DNA of 64,000 bases, taken from Actinomycetota bacterium (GTDB taxonomy: Bacteria; Actinomycetota; Actinomycetes; S36-B12; UBA5976). The notes beneath the pieces were generated by a model that searched no databases, was not told where the DNA came from, and was given only the letters and a program-made list of their open reading frames with translations. Below, in pieces: positions 1-10,499 of this stretch (position 1 is the stretch's first letter; each line of letters starts with the position of its first letter). Position numbers and translations under genes: made by a program. The DNA lies in NCBI GenBank assembly GCA_041192345.1, contig JBEEND010000002.1, positions 29,568-93,567 of the forward strand. Reading direction: 5' to 3'.

Positions 1-1422
1 GCATACGGAAATGTCGTGATGCCTGATCGATTGCGCCGGATGCGTTGGGATTACGACGTTGAGTCGCCACTTCGCGACGCTCGTGGGTTTGATATGAGCC
101 GGGCAGATGCGGACCCAAGTCAGTTAACTGATGACGATTACGGCTTGGCAAACTTAGTACTGCCAAATGGCGCGCGGTATTACGTTGACCACGCGCATCC
201 TGAATATGCATCACCTGAAGTTACTAACCCATATGACGCCGCGCTTTGGGATCTGGCAGGGGATCGGATTATTGAAAAGAGTGCCCGGTTGGCCAGCACG
301 CTAACTGGCGAGTTACTTACGGTTTATAAAAACAATACTGACGGCAAAGGTGTTAGCTATGGCACTCATGAAAACTACCAAGTCGAACGTGATGTGCCAT
401 TCACGGATCTAATCAAATTTCTCACACCCTTCTTCGTCACTCGTTGCATTTTTGCTGGCGCGGGGCGTGTTGGATTAGGGCAAGACGAGATTGAACCCGG
501 TTTCCAAATCTCGCAGCGAGCTGATTTTTTTGAAGCGCAAGTTGGCTTAGAGACAACACTTCGCCGACCAATCATTAACACTCGAGATGAGCCTCATGCT
601 GATCCCGATAAATTCCGAAGGCTTCACGTAATCATTGGCGATGCAAATATGTCGCATCGCGCAACTTATTTGAAGATGGGAACAACTGCGATTGTTCTTA
701 GCATGATTGAGGCTGGATTCTTAAGCCTGGATTTCGAGCTCTACGATCCTGTTACTTCCATGCATTTAGTAAGTCATGATTATGAGCTAAAGACTAAGCA
801 GCGGATGCGCGATGGTTCTGAACTATCTGCGATTGGAATTCAGAAATATTACCAAGCAAGCGCTGTTGCGTTCCTGGCTGCTACGGGCGAGCAAGATGAG
901 ATGGCTCATGATGTTGTTGCACACTGGGGCAGAATTCTCCGTGCACTTGAGAGTGATCCGATGTCACTTGTAAACGAAGTCGACTGGATTACGAAATTGT
1001 CAGTTTTAAATGGCTATCGAAATCGTGATCAACTGCTTTGGAGCGACTCTCGATTAGCCGCCATTGACATTCAGTTTGCGGACCTGCGGCCTGAAAAAGG
1101 AATCAGTCTGATTTTGCAGCAAAAAGGCAAGGTGGACGTGATGTTCACTGAGGAACAGATAGCGCAGGCAGTGGCTAATCCGCCAACAGACACCAGGGCA
1201 TATTTCCGTGGTACTTGTATTTCCAAATTCTGCAATCAAATTGCTGCGGCGTCATGGGATTCAGTCATTTTCGACTTAGGCCCAGATACGCCCCTAAAGC
1301 GAGTTTCCACGCCAGATGCCCTAGGTGGAATAAAGCAAACAGCGGAAGCGCTATTTGCCAGAAGCGATGATGCCAATGAATTGCTAGCAAATCTAGAGCC
1401 TAGGCATCTGTCAGCCGATTAA
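1..1422 (+). CDS. dop: Pup deamidase/depupylase Dop (5' end truncated by window edge)
   Basis: Frame 1 is open from nt 1, with no stop before the listed ATG at 16. Motifs LPNGARYYVDHAHPEYASPE, GVSYGTHENY and [12 protein letters not shown] are typical of the Dop/PafA ligase fold. Sits directly upstream of pup. Confidence 0.85.
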   Translation, partial: AYGNVVMPDRLRRMRWDYDVESPLRDARGFDMSRADADPSQLTDDDYGLANLVLPNGARYYVDHAHPEYASPEVTNPYDAALWDLAGDRIIEKSARLASTLTGELLTVYKNNTDGKGVSYGTHENYQVERDVPFTDLIKFLTPFFVTRCIFAGAGRVGLGQDEIEPGFQISQRADFFEAQVGLETTLRRPIINTRDEPHADPDKFRRLHVIIGDANMSHRATYLKMGTTAIVLSMIEAGFLSLDFELYDPVTSMHLVSHDYELKTKQRMRDGSELSAIGIQKYYQASAVAFLAATGEQDEMAHDVVAHWGRILRALESDPMSLVNEVDWITKLSVLNGYRNRDQLLWSDSRLAAIDIQFADLRPEKGISLILQQKGKVDVMFTEEQIAQAVANPPTDTRAYFRGTCISKFCNQIAAASWDSVIFDLGPDTPLKRVSTPDALGGIKQTAEALFARSDDANELLANLEPRHLSAD

Positions 1423-1494
1423 TGGCCAAAACATCCTTAGGCGCAAGCCTGGAGGCAGTGGAATACTCTAATAGTTAAGTACAACAAGAATCGA

Positions 1495-1683
1495 GTGGTT
1501 ATGAGTGAGCGCGACTTTGTTCGAGGCGGTTCCGAGCGGGAGCAAAACGAAGAGTTGGCACCGCTACCGACAGCTTCGACGTCAGCCATGGATGTCTCAG
1601 ACTTACTTGATGCCATTGATTTAGTGCTTGAAGAAAATGCCGAAGAATTTGTTAAAGGTTTCGTGCAAAAGGGCGGCCAGTAG
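1495..1683 (+). CDS. pup: Prokaryotic ubiquitin-like protein Pup
   Basis: Small acidic 60-62 aa protein ending ...EEFVKGFVQKGGQ, the canonical GGQ C-terminus. GTG at 1495 or ATG at 1501. Stop TAG abuts the pafA GTG. Confidence 0.9.
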   Translation: MVMSERDFVRGGSEREQNEELAPLPTASTSAMDVSDLLDAIDLVLEENAEEFVKGFVQKGGQ

Positions 1684-3078
1684 GTGACAAGTGGCAAGTT
1701 GGATAAGCGAATTTTCGGAATTGAAACTGAATTCGGAGTTACTTGCACTTTTCAAGGCCAGCGTCGACTAACTCCAGATGAAGTAGCCCGCTATCTTTTC
1801 AAGCGAGTAGTTTCCTGGGGTCGCAGCTCAAATGTTTTCCTACCAAACGGCGCGCGACTTTATTTAGACGTTGGAAGCCATCCGGAATACGCAACCGCCG
1901 AATGTGACGATTTTCATGACTTGATAGTTCAAGACAAAGCTGGTGAACGAATTCTTGAAGAATTGATTATCGACGCGCAGGAGCGTCTTGCCGAAGAAGG
2001 AATTGAAGGAGAGATTTATCTCTTCAAGAACAACACTGACTCTGGTGGTAACTCGTATGGATGTCATGAAAACTTTTTGATCAAGCGTCGCCAAGATTAT
2101 CTGGAGCAGATCGAAAGTCTGTTGCCGTTTTTGATTACCCGGCAATTGATCTGCGGCGCTGGAAAAGTACTGACCACTCCACGCGGAACTATTTATTCGC
2201 TGTCACAGCGGGCTGACCACATGTGGGAAGGCGTGTCGAGCGCAACAACTCGATCTCGCCCGATCATCAATACTCGTGATGAGCCACATGCGGACTCCGA
2301 GGCATTTCGCCGACTGCACGTGATTGTTGGCGATTCAAACATGTCGGAAATGACCACGCTATTAAAAGTTGTTTCTATGGATTTCGTGCTGCGGCTTCTT
2401 GAAACCGGAAATCTAAAACGCGACTTTACACTCGATAACCCGATCCGCGCTATTCGAGATGTGTCGCATGACATCACAGGACTGGCAACAGTAACTCTAA
2501 ATTCCGGAACGACCATGACAGCGCTCGACATGCAGTGGGCATATCTTGAAATGGTCAAGGAATATGTGGCATCTGGAGACATGAACGTCACACGCGAACA
2601 TGAGATTGCCCTAGAGCTTTGGGAGCGAACACTTACCGCCATTCAAACTTCAAACTATGCGCTTATCTCGCAAGATATCGATTGGGCCATTAAGAAGCAA
2701 TTGCTGGACACCTACAGGGCAAAAAACAACTTAGAACTCGACTCTTCAAGAATCGCGCAACTTGACCTGGCATATCACGACATAACGCAGTCGCGCGGTT
2801 TGTTTTATTTGTTGCAAAATAATGGTCGAGTAAATCGAGTTACAACCGATGAAGAAATTGTCGCCGCACAGACAGTGCCACCGCAAACTACCCGGGCTAA
2901 ATTACGCGGAGACTTCATTCTGGCTGCCCAAAACGCTGGCAAGGACATAAGTGTCGATTGGGTGCACTTGAAGATGAATGATCAGTCACAGCGAACGGTG
3001 TTATGTAAGGATCCATTTGCCAGTGTGGATGAGCGAGTTGCGAAATTGATTGAATCCATGCAAAGTGCGGATGCCTGA
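1684..3078 (+). CDS. pafA: Pup--protein ligase PafA
   Basis: N-terminal [11 protein letters not shown], plus [31 protein letters not shown] and [15 protein letters not shown] start 1 nt after the pup stop. Confidence 0.9.
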   Translation: MTSGKLDKRIFGIETEFGVTCTFQGQRRLTPDEVARYLFKRVVSWGRSSNVFLPNGARLYLDVGSHPEYATAECDDFHDLIVQDKAGERILEELIIDAQERLAEEGIEGEIYLFKNNTDSGGNSYGCHENFLIKRRQDYLEQIESLLPFLITRQLICGAGKVLTTPRGTIYSLSQRADHMWEGVSSATTRSRPIINTRDEPHADSEAFRRLHVIVGDSNMSEMTTLLKVVSMDFVLRLLETGNLKRDFTLDNPIRAIRDVSHDITGLATVTLNSGTTMTALDMQWAYLEMVKEYVASGDMNVTREHEIALELWERTLTAIQTSNYALISQDIDWAIKKQLLDTYRAKNNLELDSSRIAQLDLAYHDITQSRGLFYLLQNNGRVNRVTTDEEIVAAQTVPPQTTRAKLRGDFILAAQNAGKDISVDWVHLKMNDQSQRTVLCKDPFASVDERVAKLIESMQSADA

Positions 3079-3114
3079 AAGGCGAGTCCCAAACTCACGC
3101 AGTATTATTGAGGC

Positions 3115-3639
3115 ATGAAACTTCGTACCCCAATTCTTCTTATTTCTGCTGCCCTAATTCTGAGTGGCTGCGCTAGCTCTGATGAGCAAGTTGAAGTTGC
3201 GCCAACTCCAATTGCCAGTTCGGGTCCGGTCTTGACCGGCACGCCAGTGGCTGTTGATGTTACCGGCGAAATTACAACAGAACCAGTTGTTGTAATCACA
3301 CCTGGGGATCCAGTTACTGAGCTAGGTATTACTGATTTGATTGTTGGCGAGGGCGATAAGGTCCCTGCGGGTGCTACTGTCACTGCGCAATATGTCGGTT
3401 ACGGGGCTGCAACTGGTCTTATGTTCGATGCTTCTTGGGCGCGCGGGGAACCAGCAACATTCCCACTTGACCAGGTCATTTTGGGTTGGCAAGAAGGATT
3501 AGTTGGTATGCAAGTTGGTGGGCGCAGATTGCTAGTCATTCCAGGCGCGCTGGGCTATGGCGAGAACCCACCACCTGGAAGTGGCATCGAACCAGGTGAG
3601 ACACTAATTTTCGTCGTTGATCTAGTAAGTTTCCAATAA
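3115..3639 (+). CDS. FKBP-type peptidyl-prolyl isomerase, predicted lipoprotein
   Basis: Signal peptide with lipobox LILSGC. C-terminal FKBP domain (GWQEGLVGMQVGGRRLLVIPGALGYG). GAGG Shine-Dalgarno before the ATG. Confidence 0.8.
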   Translation: MKLRTPILLISAALILSGCASSDEQVEVAPTPIASSGPVLTGTPVAVDVTGEITTEPVVVITPGDPVTELGITDLIVGEGDKVPAGATVTAQYVGYGAATGLMFDASWARGEPATFPLDQVILGWQEGLVGMQVGGRRLLVIPGALGYGENPPPGSGIEPGETLIFVVDLVSFQ

Positions 3640-3665
3640 GTTATTCATAGTTAAGAAGGATTGAC

Positions 3666-4025
3666 ATGCAACCTCCAGAGTTTGATTTTCCAGAAGGTCC
3701 CGCGCCAACAGAATTGGTTATCGACGACATCACTGTTGGTGACGGCGCGCAGGCTGAACCAGGACAAAAGGTAACTGTGCATTACGCAGGAATTGATTTT
3801 GAGACTGGCGAACAATTTGATTCATCCTGGGATCGTGGGGAATCAATTGAATTTCCTCTCAGAGGCTTAATAGCTGGCTGGCAAGAAGGTATTCCAGGAA
3901 TGAAAGTTGGCGGTAGACGCAAGCTCACAATTCCACCTGAGTTGGCTTATGGGCCAGCTGGTAGCGGACATCGCCTGGGCGGAAAAACCCTAGTTTTTAT
4001 TATTGATCTGCTAGCAGTTTCTTAA
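3666..4025 (+). CDS. FKBP-type peptidyl-prolyl isomerase (cytoplasmic)
   Basis: VTVHYAGIDFETGEQFDSSWDRG, GWQEGIPGMKVGGRRKLTIPPELAYG. AAGGA SD. Confidence 0.85.
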   Translation: MQPPEFDFPEGPAPTELVIDDITVGDGAQAEPGQKVTVHYAGIDFETGEQFDSSWDRGESIEFPLRGLIAGWQEGIPGMKVGGRRKLTIPPELAYGPAGSGHRLGGKTLVFIIDLLAVS

Positions 4026-4028
4026 GTC

Positions 4029-4985
4029 ATGGCCAGAGCGCGTACTGAGCGCATGCTCAACTTGCTCTTTGTACTGCTAAATTCTTCAGTTCCGTTAACA
4101 CGCGAGCAAATTCGCGAGCGCGTTCCCGGTTACAACGGTTCGGATGAAGCCGTTGAGCGAATGTTTGAAAGAGATAAAGCAGCACTACGCGATCTAGCAA
4201 TCCCAGTTGAAACAAAACCCGTGGATCTATTCCATGATGATGTTGTTGGTTATCGAATCAATCGTAAAGACTGGCTGATGCCGGAATTGTCTCTAACTTC
4301 GCAAGAACGCACTTATCTCGCGCTAGCCGCAAGTGCTTGGCAAACTGCCCAACAGCGAACGGCTGCGCAGCAAGCAGTGCGACGTATCTCCGCGCAAGAG
4401 CTAGATAGTTTGCCAGTTGTACCAATTTCATTAGCTAAGGGACGCAAGCACATACCCGAACTGCTCGCCGCTATAGCTGCAAACCACACTGTGTCATTCG
4501 ACTACGTCGGAACTACTGATTCAACTTCAATAAGGCGAACTGTTGATCCATGGCGGGCGCTACTTCATAGTGGGCATTGGTATCTGGTCGGATTTGATCA
4601 AGATAAAGGTGAGACTCGGATGTATCGCACTGACCGAATTGTTGGGGAAATTTCTGAGTTGAAACAAAGTGTGCTGGAGCCGATGCCAAAAGATTTCGAC
4701 ATCACCTCATTAGTGTCGCATTGGGAAGTTGTAGACCATGGCAAATTCATAGCGATAATTAATTTAAAACCAGGCAGGGGAGCATCCCTAAGACTGCTTG
4801 CCACTGAAATTAGTGTCGGACAAGATTGGGACACTTTAACAATTCCGTATTTTCACGAATCACAGCTTGTTGGCTTGATCGCTGGCTCATGCGATATCGC
4901 CAGGGTATTGGAACCCGAATCACTGCATGAGGCAGTGTCGCGCATAGTAAAGACAACATTGTCGGTGCACAACAGTGGCAAATGA
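4029..4985 (+). CDS. pafB: HTH/WYL-domain transcriptional regulator PafB
   Basis: N-terminal wHTH (RMLNLLFVLLNS..LTREQI) and WYL core (HWYLVGFD). Position after pafA and before pafC-tatA-tatC matches mycobacterial synteny. Confidence 0.75.
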   Translation: MARARTERMLNLLFVLLNSSVPLTREQIRERVPGYNGSDEAVERMFERDKAALRDLAIPVETKPVDLFHDDVVGYRINRKDWLMPELSLTSQERTYLALAASAWQTAQQRTAAQQAVRRISAQELDSLPVVPISLAKGRKHIPELLAAIAANHTVSFDYVGTTDSTSIRRTVDPWRALLHSGHWYLVGFDQDKGETRMYRTDRIVGEISELKQSVLEPMPKDFDITSLVSHWEVVDHGKFIAIINLKPGRGASLRLLATEISVGQDWDTLTIPYFHESQLVGLIAGSCDIARVLEPESLHEAVSRIVKTTLSVHNSGK

Positions 4986-5871
4986 CCTAGAACTTTTAAT
5001 TGAAATGCTGCCCTGGATGGTTGCAAACAATGGTGCCTCGCTCCATGAAGTTGCAACGCAATTCGAGATTACTGATAAGTACGCCCTTGAATTAATCAGC
5101 CAGCTTGTAGTTACTGGACCATCGCAAGACGGTGGCGGTCTAGTGGACATTGACTTTGAAGACGCTGAATCAATTTATGTCTCTGATGCAAAGTCGCTAG
5201 ATCGACCAATTAAGTTCACGAGTTTAGAAGCAACAACTTTGCTTGGTGGCTTACATTATCTTGAGCAGTTTCCAAGTTTGGCTAGCTCTGAGATTGTCGC
5301 AGGATTAATTACCAAAATTCAATCGTTGCTGCCAAGTTTGGAAAGTCCAATCAGCGTGATCGCTGCTCCCATTCACGACGCAATCTACGAAGTATTAGCC
5401 TCAAGCATTGAGAACAAACGAGCAGTCCAGATTTCCTACGGCGCACTGTCAAAGGAAGACATAACGGAGCGACTAGTTGATCCAGTTCAGCTTTACGTAA
5501 GGGATGATTTCACCTACTTGCAAGCTTGGTGTCGTCGCTCCCAAGCGTGGCGCAATTTCCGGCTTGATCGAATTATGACGGCTGTTCAAAGCACAGAACT
5601 ACTTGAAGTTCCTGATGCCATAGTCGAAACACAGGAGACGAGAGAATATTTAGCAGTCATCGAGTTGGACAAGGCTTATTACGGGCAACTTGATCAAGTG
5701 GACATCATTACGTTTAAGGAAAGCATGTGGCATGCAGTGGAAGTGCAGCTCAAGGTCTATTCCAGAGATTGGCTGATTTCGATGATCTTGGCCTCCGGTG
5801 GTCGAATGCGCGCTACTGGGCCACCAGATTTGATCCAAGGCCTAGTAGAACGGGCTAAGGGCTGGGAATAG
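4975..5871 (+). CDS. pafC: HTH/WYL-domain transcriptional regulator PafC
   Basis: GTG start overlapping the pafB stop by 11 nt. LELLIEMLPWMV..ASLHEVATQF HTH and a WYL-like FTYLQAWC segment. Confidence 0.75.
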   Translation: MANDLELLIEMLPWMVANNGASLHEVATQFEITDKYALELISQLVVTGPSQDGGGLVDIDFEDAESIYVSDAKSLDRPIKFTSLEATTLLGGLHYLEQFPSLASSEIVAGLITKIQSLLPSLESPISVIAAPIHDAIYEVLASSIENKRAVQISYGALSKEDITERLVDPVQLYVRDDFTYLQAWCRRSQAWRNFRLDRIMTAVQSTELLEVPDAIVETQETREYLAVIELDKAYYGQLDQVDIITFKESMWHAVEVQLKVYSRDWLISMILASGGRMRATGPPDLIQGLVERAKGWE

Positions 5872-5921
5872 CCAAATCCGTCCCATGCGATAACGTTAAG
5901 GAAATCGAGTCAGGAGAAATA

Positions 5922-6110
5922 ATGCGTGCTTTATTTGAATCGCCAGCAGGCATTATTCTGCTGTTGCTTGTGATTGTTCTTTTCGGTGCCCGCAGATTAC
6001 CTGAAGCTGCCAAAAGCGTAGGCAAATCGATCAAGATTTTCAAGACTGAACTGGACACTGATAAAACCAAAAACGATCCAGATTCAAGTCCAAGTAGCGA
6101 TAAGAACTAA
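5922..6110 (+). CDS. tatA: Twin-arginine translocase subunit TatA/E
   Basis: Single TM followed by FGARRLPEAAKSVGKSIKIFK. AGGAGA SD upstream. Confidence 0.85.
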   Translation: MRALFESPAGIILLLLVIVLFGARRLPEAAKSVGKSIKIFKTELDTDKTKNDPDSSPSSDKN

Positions 6111-6118
6111 CTTCTTCG

Positions 6119-6898
6119 ATGTCCGATACTTCGGTCGAAGCCCAGCGCGCGGATGGCATGACGCTGATTGAGCACTTTTCAGAGTTGCGTAAGCGACTCG
6201 TGCGAAGCGCCATCGCATTACTTATTTGTACTGTTGCCGTGTGGAATCAGTTTGAAACTATTTTCGCTCTAATTCGTGAACCATACGACAGCGTGCAGGG
6301 GATTGGCTCCAACGCAGTGCTTGCTTTAACGGGAGTAACAAGTGGCTTCTCGTTACAACTTAAAGTGTCTTTAGCAGCCGCTGTTGTGCTGTCGAGTCCA
6401 ATTTGGATTTATCAGATTTGGCGTTTTGTCTCACCTGGACTTAAACGTAATGAACGCCGGTGGGCTTATTCATTTACAGCTGTGGCTGTGCCACTATTTT
6501 CTGCTGGAGTAGCGCTGGCTTATTACGTAATGCCTCGAATGCTGGACATTCTTTTTACTTTCACTCCAACAGATGTGCAGAACGTGACCAGCGTTGAAAG
6601 TTACTTAAGTTTCTTTCTCCACCTAGTGCTATTTTTTGGAATTGGTTTCTTACTGCCCTTAATTTTGGTTGCTCTAAATTTTGCTGGTGTTTTAAGTGGC
6701 GACCGACTGCGTGGTGCTTGGCGCTGGTTGATTCTCGGCAGCTTCGTTTTTGGCGCAGTTGCAACCCCTAATGGTGATCCATTAGCTATGACTTTTGTGG
6801 CACTACCCATGATCGGCTTAAGCATTATTGCCGTTGGGATTGCGCTGTTGAATGACAAACGCAGGGAACGAGCAATGGCAGCAAGACTCGAGGCTTAG
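6119..6898 (+). CDS. tatC: Twin-arginine translocase subunit TatC
   Basis: MTLIEHFSELRKRL N-terminus and six-TM topology. Follows tatA. Confidence 0.85.
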   Translation: MSDTSVEAQRADGMTLIEHFSELRKRLVRSAIALLICTVAVWNQFETIFALIREPYDSVQGIGSNAVLALTGVTSGFSLQLKVSLAAAVVLSSPIWIYQIWRFVSPGLKRNERRWAYSFTAVAVPLFSAGVALAYYVMPRMLDILFTFTPTDVQNVTSVESYLSFFLHLVLFFGIGFLLPLILVALNFAGVLSGDRLRGAWRWLILGSFVFGAVATPNGDPLAMTFVALPMIGLSIIAVGIALLNDKRRERAMAARLEA

Positions 6899-6900
6899 GC

Positions 6901-7784
6901 GTGTATGCGCTTCTGATAAAGCCGAGTGTTAAACAAACCCGAAATGGTCGCAAAATATTGGCCACAATATCTGAGCTCGGGGCTATCGAGTTAACCGGAG
7001 CAAACATTTCGGAGTTGCGAGATGAATTGGCATCCTTGCAAACAATGCACCAGGACTTGATAGTCGTCGCCTGTGGCGGAGATGGCACGGTGCATCTTGC
7101 AGTCAACTCATTTCCAGACATGCAAATTCCAGTTGCAGTGGTGCCACTCGGCACTGGAAATGATTTTGCAAGATTTATCGGAATCAAGAATCCGCTTGAA
7201 GGAATCAGGATTTTAAGTGAAGGCTGCGCTACGACAATGGATCACGGAGTTATATCAATCTCAGATGGGGATTCCAGAAAGTTTGTGGGTGTAGCTTCCT
7301 GTGGATTTGACGCCCAAGTTAATGAACGGGCCAATAGATATCGGGGACCAACCGGAACACTTAAGTACCTGGTCGCTTTGCTCGTTGAATTGAGCAAACT
7401 TTCGGCTCGCGCGTTGGAGATCCTTATCCCTGGTGAAGCGCGACGAAACGAAAGAATGACGCTAGTTGCCGTTGGAAACACCACTTCATATGGTGGCGGA
7501 ATGAAAATGTGCCCAACTGCCAATGCCAATGATGGCGTACTTGAAGTGACATTTGTTGCAAAAGTGTCTAGACGAGTGTTACTTCGAGTGCTTCCGAAAG
7601 TTTTCTGGGGTACCCATGTCAAGCATCCATTGGTTACTCAAACAAGTGTACCAAGATCGATATCAGCGGGGAGTCATTCCCGGTCTATGCCGATGGCGAA
7701 CGAGTGGGTGTGGGACCAGTTTCGATACACGTTGTCGCAGGCGGGCTGCGAGTGTGGCAAGCAAAGCCAGCAACTACGCCGTAA
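6901..7784 (+). pseudogene. Diacylglycerol/lipid kinase (DAGK catalytic family) interrupted by a 1-nt frameshift near 7653
   Basis: Frame 1 encodes ACGGDGT and PLGTGNDFAR up to ..GTHVKHPLVTQTSVP. The conserved C-terminus KIDISGESFPVYADGERVGVGPVSIHVVAGGLRVW.. continues in frame 3 and stops at TAA 7782-7784. The frame-1 read-through tail (to 7884) is low-complexity and overlaps helY. Confidence 0.7.
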
Positions 7785-7793
7785 TCTTGGACT

Positions 7794-10493
7794 ATGGAAC
7801 AATCGCCGGCCGCCAAGTATGCAGCCGCGAAATCCAGAACTAAGGATTCGCAAGGACTACTTGGTTCATTCCAGGAGTCCCTGAGTTTCACCCTGGACGA
7901 CTTTCAGCTAAATGCCTGCCGGGCAATAGACAAGGGTTCTGGTGTCTTAGTTGCCGCGCCAACTAGCGCCGGTAAAACTGTGGTTGGTCAGTTCGCGGTT
8001 TACACCGCGCTTTCTAAGCAATCGAGGTGTTTCTACACCACACCAATTAAGGCGTTATCGAATCAGAAATTCAACGAATTTGTGGATTTTTATGGCGCTG
8101 AAAACATCGGTTTGCTTACCGGCGATAGCAGTATCAACGGCGATGCCCCAATAGTTGTCATGACAACTGAAGTGCTTCGCAACATGCTTTATGAAGGCTC
8201 AGCGGGGCTGCGCGGGTTGAGCCATGTCGTGATGGATGAAGTTCATTACCTAGCAGACCGAAACCGTGGCGCGGTTTGGGAAGAAGTAATTATTCATTTA
8301 TCGGAATCAGTTTCGGTTGTCGCACTATCGGCGACCGTTAGTAACGCCGAAGAATTTGGCGACTGGTTACGTACTGTGCGCGGCGCAACTGAAGTGATCG
8401 TTGAGGAACATCGACCAATCCCACTTCATCAACATGTCATGGTTAGTGATGAACTCCATGATCTCTTCGTGAACACTGCCAGAACTAAAGTCAGTCCTGA
8501 ATTGCAGCGGATAGCTCGTAACGAACGATCACAATCAAGCCATGGATATGGTCGAAGTAATCGATTTACAAGTAGATACACATCTTCAAGAGTTGACGTA
8601 ATCGAAGCATTGGAAAGAGCAGATTTACTGCCAAGCATTACGTTTATTTTCTCGCGAGCTGCTTGCGATGACGCGGTGTCCCAGTGTCTAGCCGGTGGGG
8701 TAAGTGTTACCAGCCCGCAGGAGCGCCTCGAAATTCGTGGCATAGTCGATGCGCATTTCCCGGAAGCTAGTTCCGAGGAATTGCGAGTCTTGGGTTTTGC
8801 CTCGTGGTGTGAAGGACTCGAACGGGGTATCGCTGCGCACCATGCAGGGTTACTTCCAGCCTTCAAAGTTGTGGTGGAGCAATTATTTCAAGCTGGATTA
8901 GTGAAAGTTGTATTTGCAACTGAGACTTTGGCGCTTGGTATAAACATGCCAGCTCGAAGTGTTGTTCTGGAAAAACTTACTAAATGGAATGGCTCAGTGC
9001 ACGCTCCAGTAACCGCAGGGGAGTACACCCAGCTCACTGGGCGCGCAGGTCGTCGCGGTATCGATACTCAAGGCCATGCGATTGTGGTTTGGCATCAAGA
9101 ACTTGATCCAGACTCATTGGCTGGACTGGCAAGCGCTCGAACTTATCCATTGAAATCAAGTTTCAAACCGTCATACAACATGGCAATAAATCTGATCGGA
9201 AAATTCGGTACATCTCGAGCGCGAGAATTACTGGAATCATCCTTCGCCCAGTTTCAAGCAGATAGATCTGTCGTCGGCATGGCAACACAAATGCGTCGAA
9301 ACGAGGATGCGATTGAGGGCTACCAGGATGCCATGGAATGTCATTTGGGTGATTTTGCAGGCTACATGAAATTGCGCCGTACCCTTTCGGATTTAGAAAA
9401 AAATACTAAGCGTGATGGCGTGCGCGAGCGTCGAAATGTTGCAACAAATTTTTTGAGTGAAATCACACGTGGTGATGTGATTGTGATTGACTCACAGCGT
9501 CGCTCAAGTGTGCCATTTGTCGTACTCGATGAAGCGCGCGATTTTGATGATCCCAGGCCAAGAGTTATGTCCCTTTCCAGGGTTGTAAAGCGGATCAGTT
9601 ATGCCGATGTTGGAGATCAAGGACGAATTGTTGGCCGCGTGAATTTACCTGCGACTTTTGATTCCCGTTCACCAAAAACACGTAATTGGTTGGCAGACCA
9701 AATGGCTGTGGTCGCAAAAAGTGCGCCGAACGAAATGAGCGAGACTGCATCTGAGTCCAAAGTTGAAGTTGAACTTTCCAGGTTGCGCAAAGCAATCCGC
9801 GCACATGTTTGTCACGGCTGCAGCGATAGGGAAGAGCATGTGCGTTGGCATGAGCGTATTTTTACGACTCGGCGGGAAATAGATAAATTGGAATCAAAAG
9901 TAGCGACCAGAACCAGTTCGATCGCGAAAGAGTTTGATCAAATTTGTGCAGTACTAACTGAGTTGAAATATCTCGAGGTCACCGAGAATGGTCATGCGGT
10001 AACTGATGCTGGCGCTGTCTTGGGACGAATTTATTGTGAGCTAGATCTGTTGGCGGCAGAATGCTTGCGTAGCGGGATCTGGAGCAAGTTGTCGCCGGAA
10101 CAAATGGCCAGTGCTGTGAGCACATTGGTTTTTGAATCCAGGCGAGATGACGGCCGCGATCCACAAAACATTCCTGATGGGGAACTGGGAATTTCGCTTA
10201 CAGAAATGGTTTACAAGTGGGGAGAACTTAAAGAGATTGAAAACCAATTTCGCATGGACTCGTTGCGCGAAATGGATCCTGGATTCGTTTGGTTAACTCT
10301 AAAGTGGGCCCGCGGTCAATCAATTACACAAGTTCTAAAAAGTACGGACCTGCAGCCAGGTGATTTTGTGCGTTGGACAAAACAAGTCATTGACTTACTG
10401 GGCCAAGTCTCCCTAGCAAGTGATGATCCAAAAGTTTCCAGCGCGGCACGGGCATCTGGTGATCTCATAAGTCGCGGCATAGTTGCCTGGTGA
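7794..10493 (+). CDS. helY: DEAD/DExH-box ATP-dependent RNA helicase HelY (Ski2-like)
   Basis: AAPTSAGKT (motif I), VMDEVHY (DExH), TETLALGINMPA, and the C-terminal DSHCT-like region. 899 aa. Confidence 0.85.
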   Translation: MEQSPAAKYAAAKSRTKDSQGLLGSFQESLSFTLDDFQLNACRAIDKGSGVLVAAPTSAGKTVVGQFAVYTALSKQSRCFYTTPIKALSNQKFNEFVDFYGAENIGLLTGDSSINGDAPIVVMTTEVLRNMLYEGSAGLRGLSHVVMDEVHYLADRNRGAVWEEVIIHLSESVSVVALSATVSNAEEFGDWLRTVRGATEVIVEEHRPIPLHQHVMVSDELHDLFVNTARTKVSPELQRIARNERSQSSHGYGRSNRFTSRYTSSRVDVIEALERADLLPSITFIFSRAACDDAVSQCLAGGVSVTSPQERLEIRGIVDAHFPEASSEELRVLGFASWCEGLERGIAAHHAGLLPAFKVVVEQLFQAGLVKVVFATETLALGINMPARSVVLEKLTKWNGSVHAPVTAGEYTQLTGRAGRRGIDTQGHAIVVWHQELDPDSLAGLASARTYPLKSSFKPSYNMAINLIGKFGTSRARELLESSFAQFQADRSVVGMATQMRRNEDAIEGYQDAMECHLGDFAGYMKLRRTLSDLEKNTKRDGVRERRNVATNFLSEITRGDVIVIDSQRRSSVPFVVLDEARDFDDPRPRVMSLSRVVKRISYADVGDQGRIVGRVNLPATFDSRSPKTRNWLADQMAVVAKSAPNEMSETASESKVEVELSRLRKAIRAHVCHGCSDREEHVRWHERIFTTRREIDKLESKVATRTSSIAKEFDQICAVLTELKYLEVTENGHAVTDAGAVLGRIYCELDLLAAECLRSGIWSKLSPEQMASAVSTLVFESRRDDGRDPQNIPDGELGISLTEMVYKWGELKEIENQFRMDSLREMDPGFVWLTLKWARGQSITQVLKSTDLQPGDFVRWTKQVIDLLGQVSLASDDPKVSSAARASGDLISRGIVAW

Positions 10494-10499
10494 TTGCAG

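Noticed and set aside
7553-7884. A 96-aa frame-2 ORF (7553-7843) and the frame-1 tail of the kinase ORF that overlaps helY.
   Set aside because: Both are by-products of the frameshift. The conserved kinase C-terminus is in frame 3 and ends at 7784.
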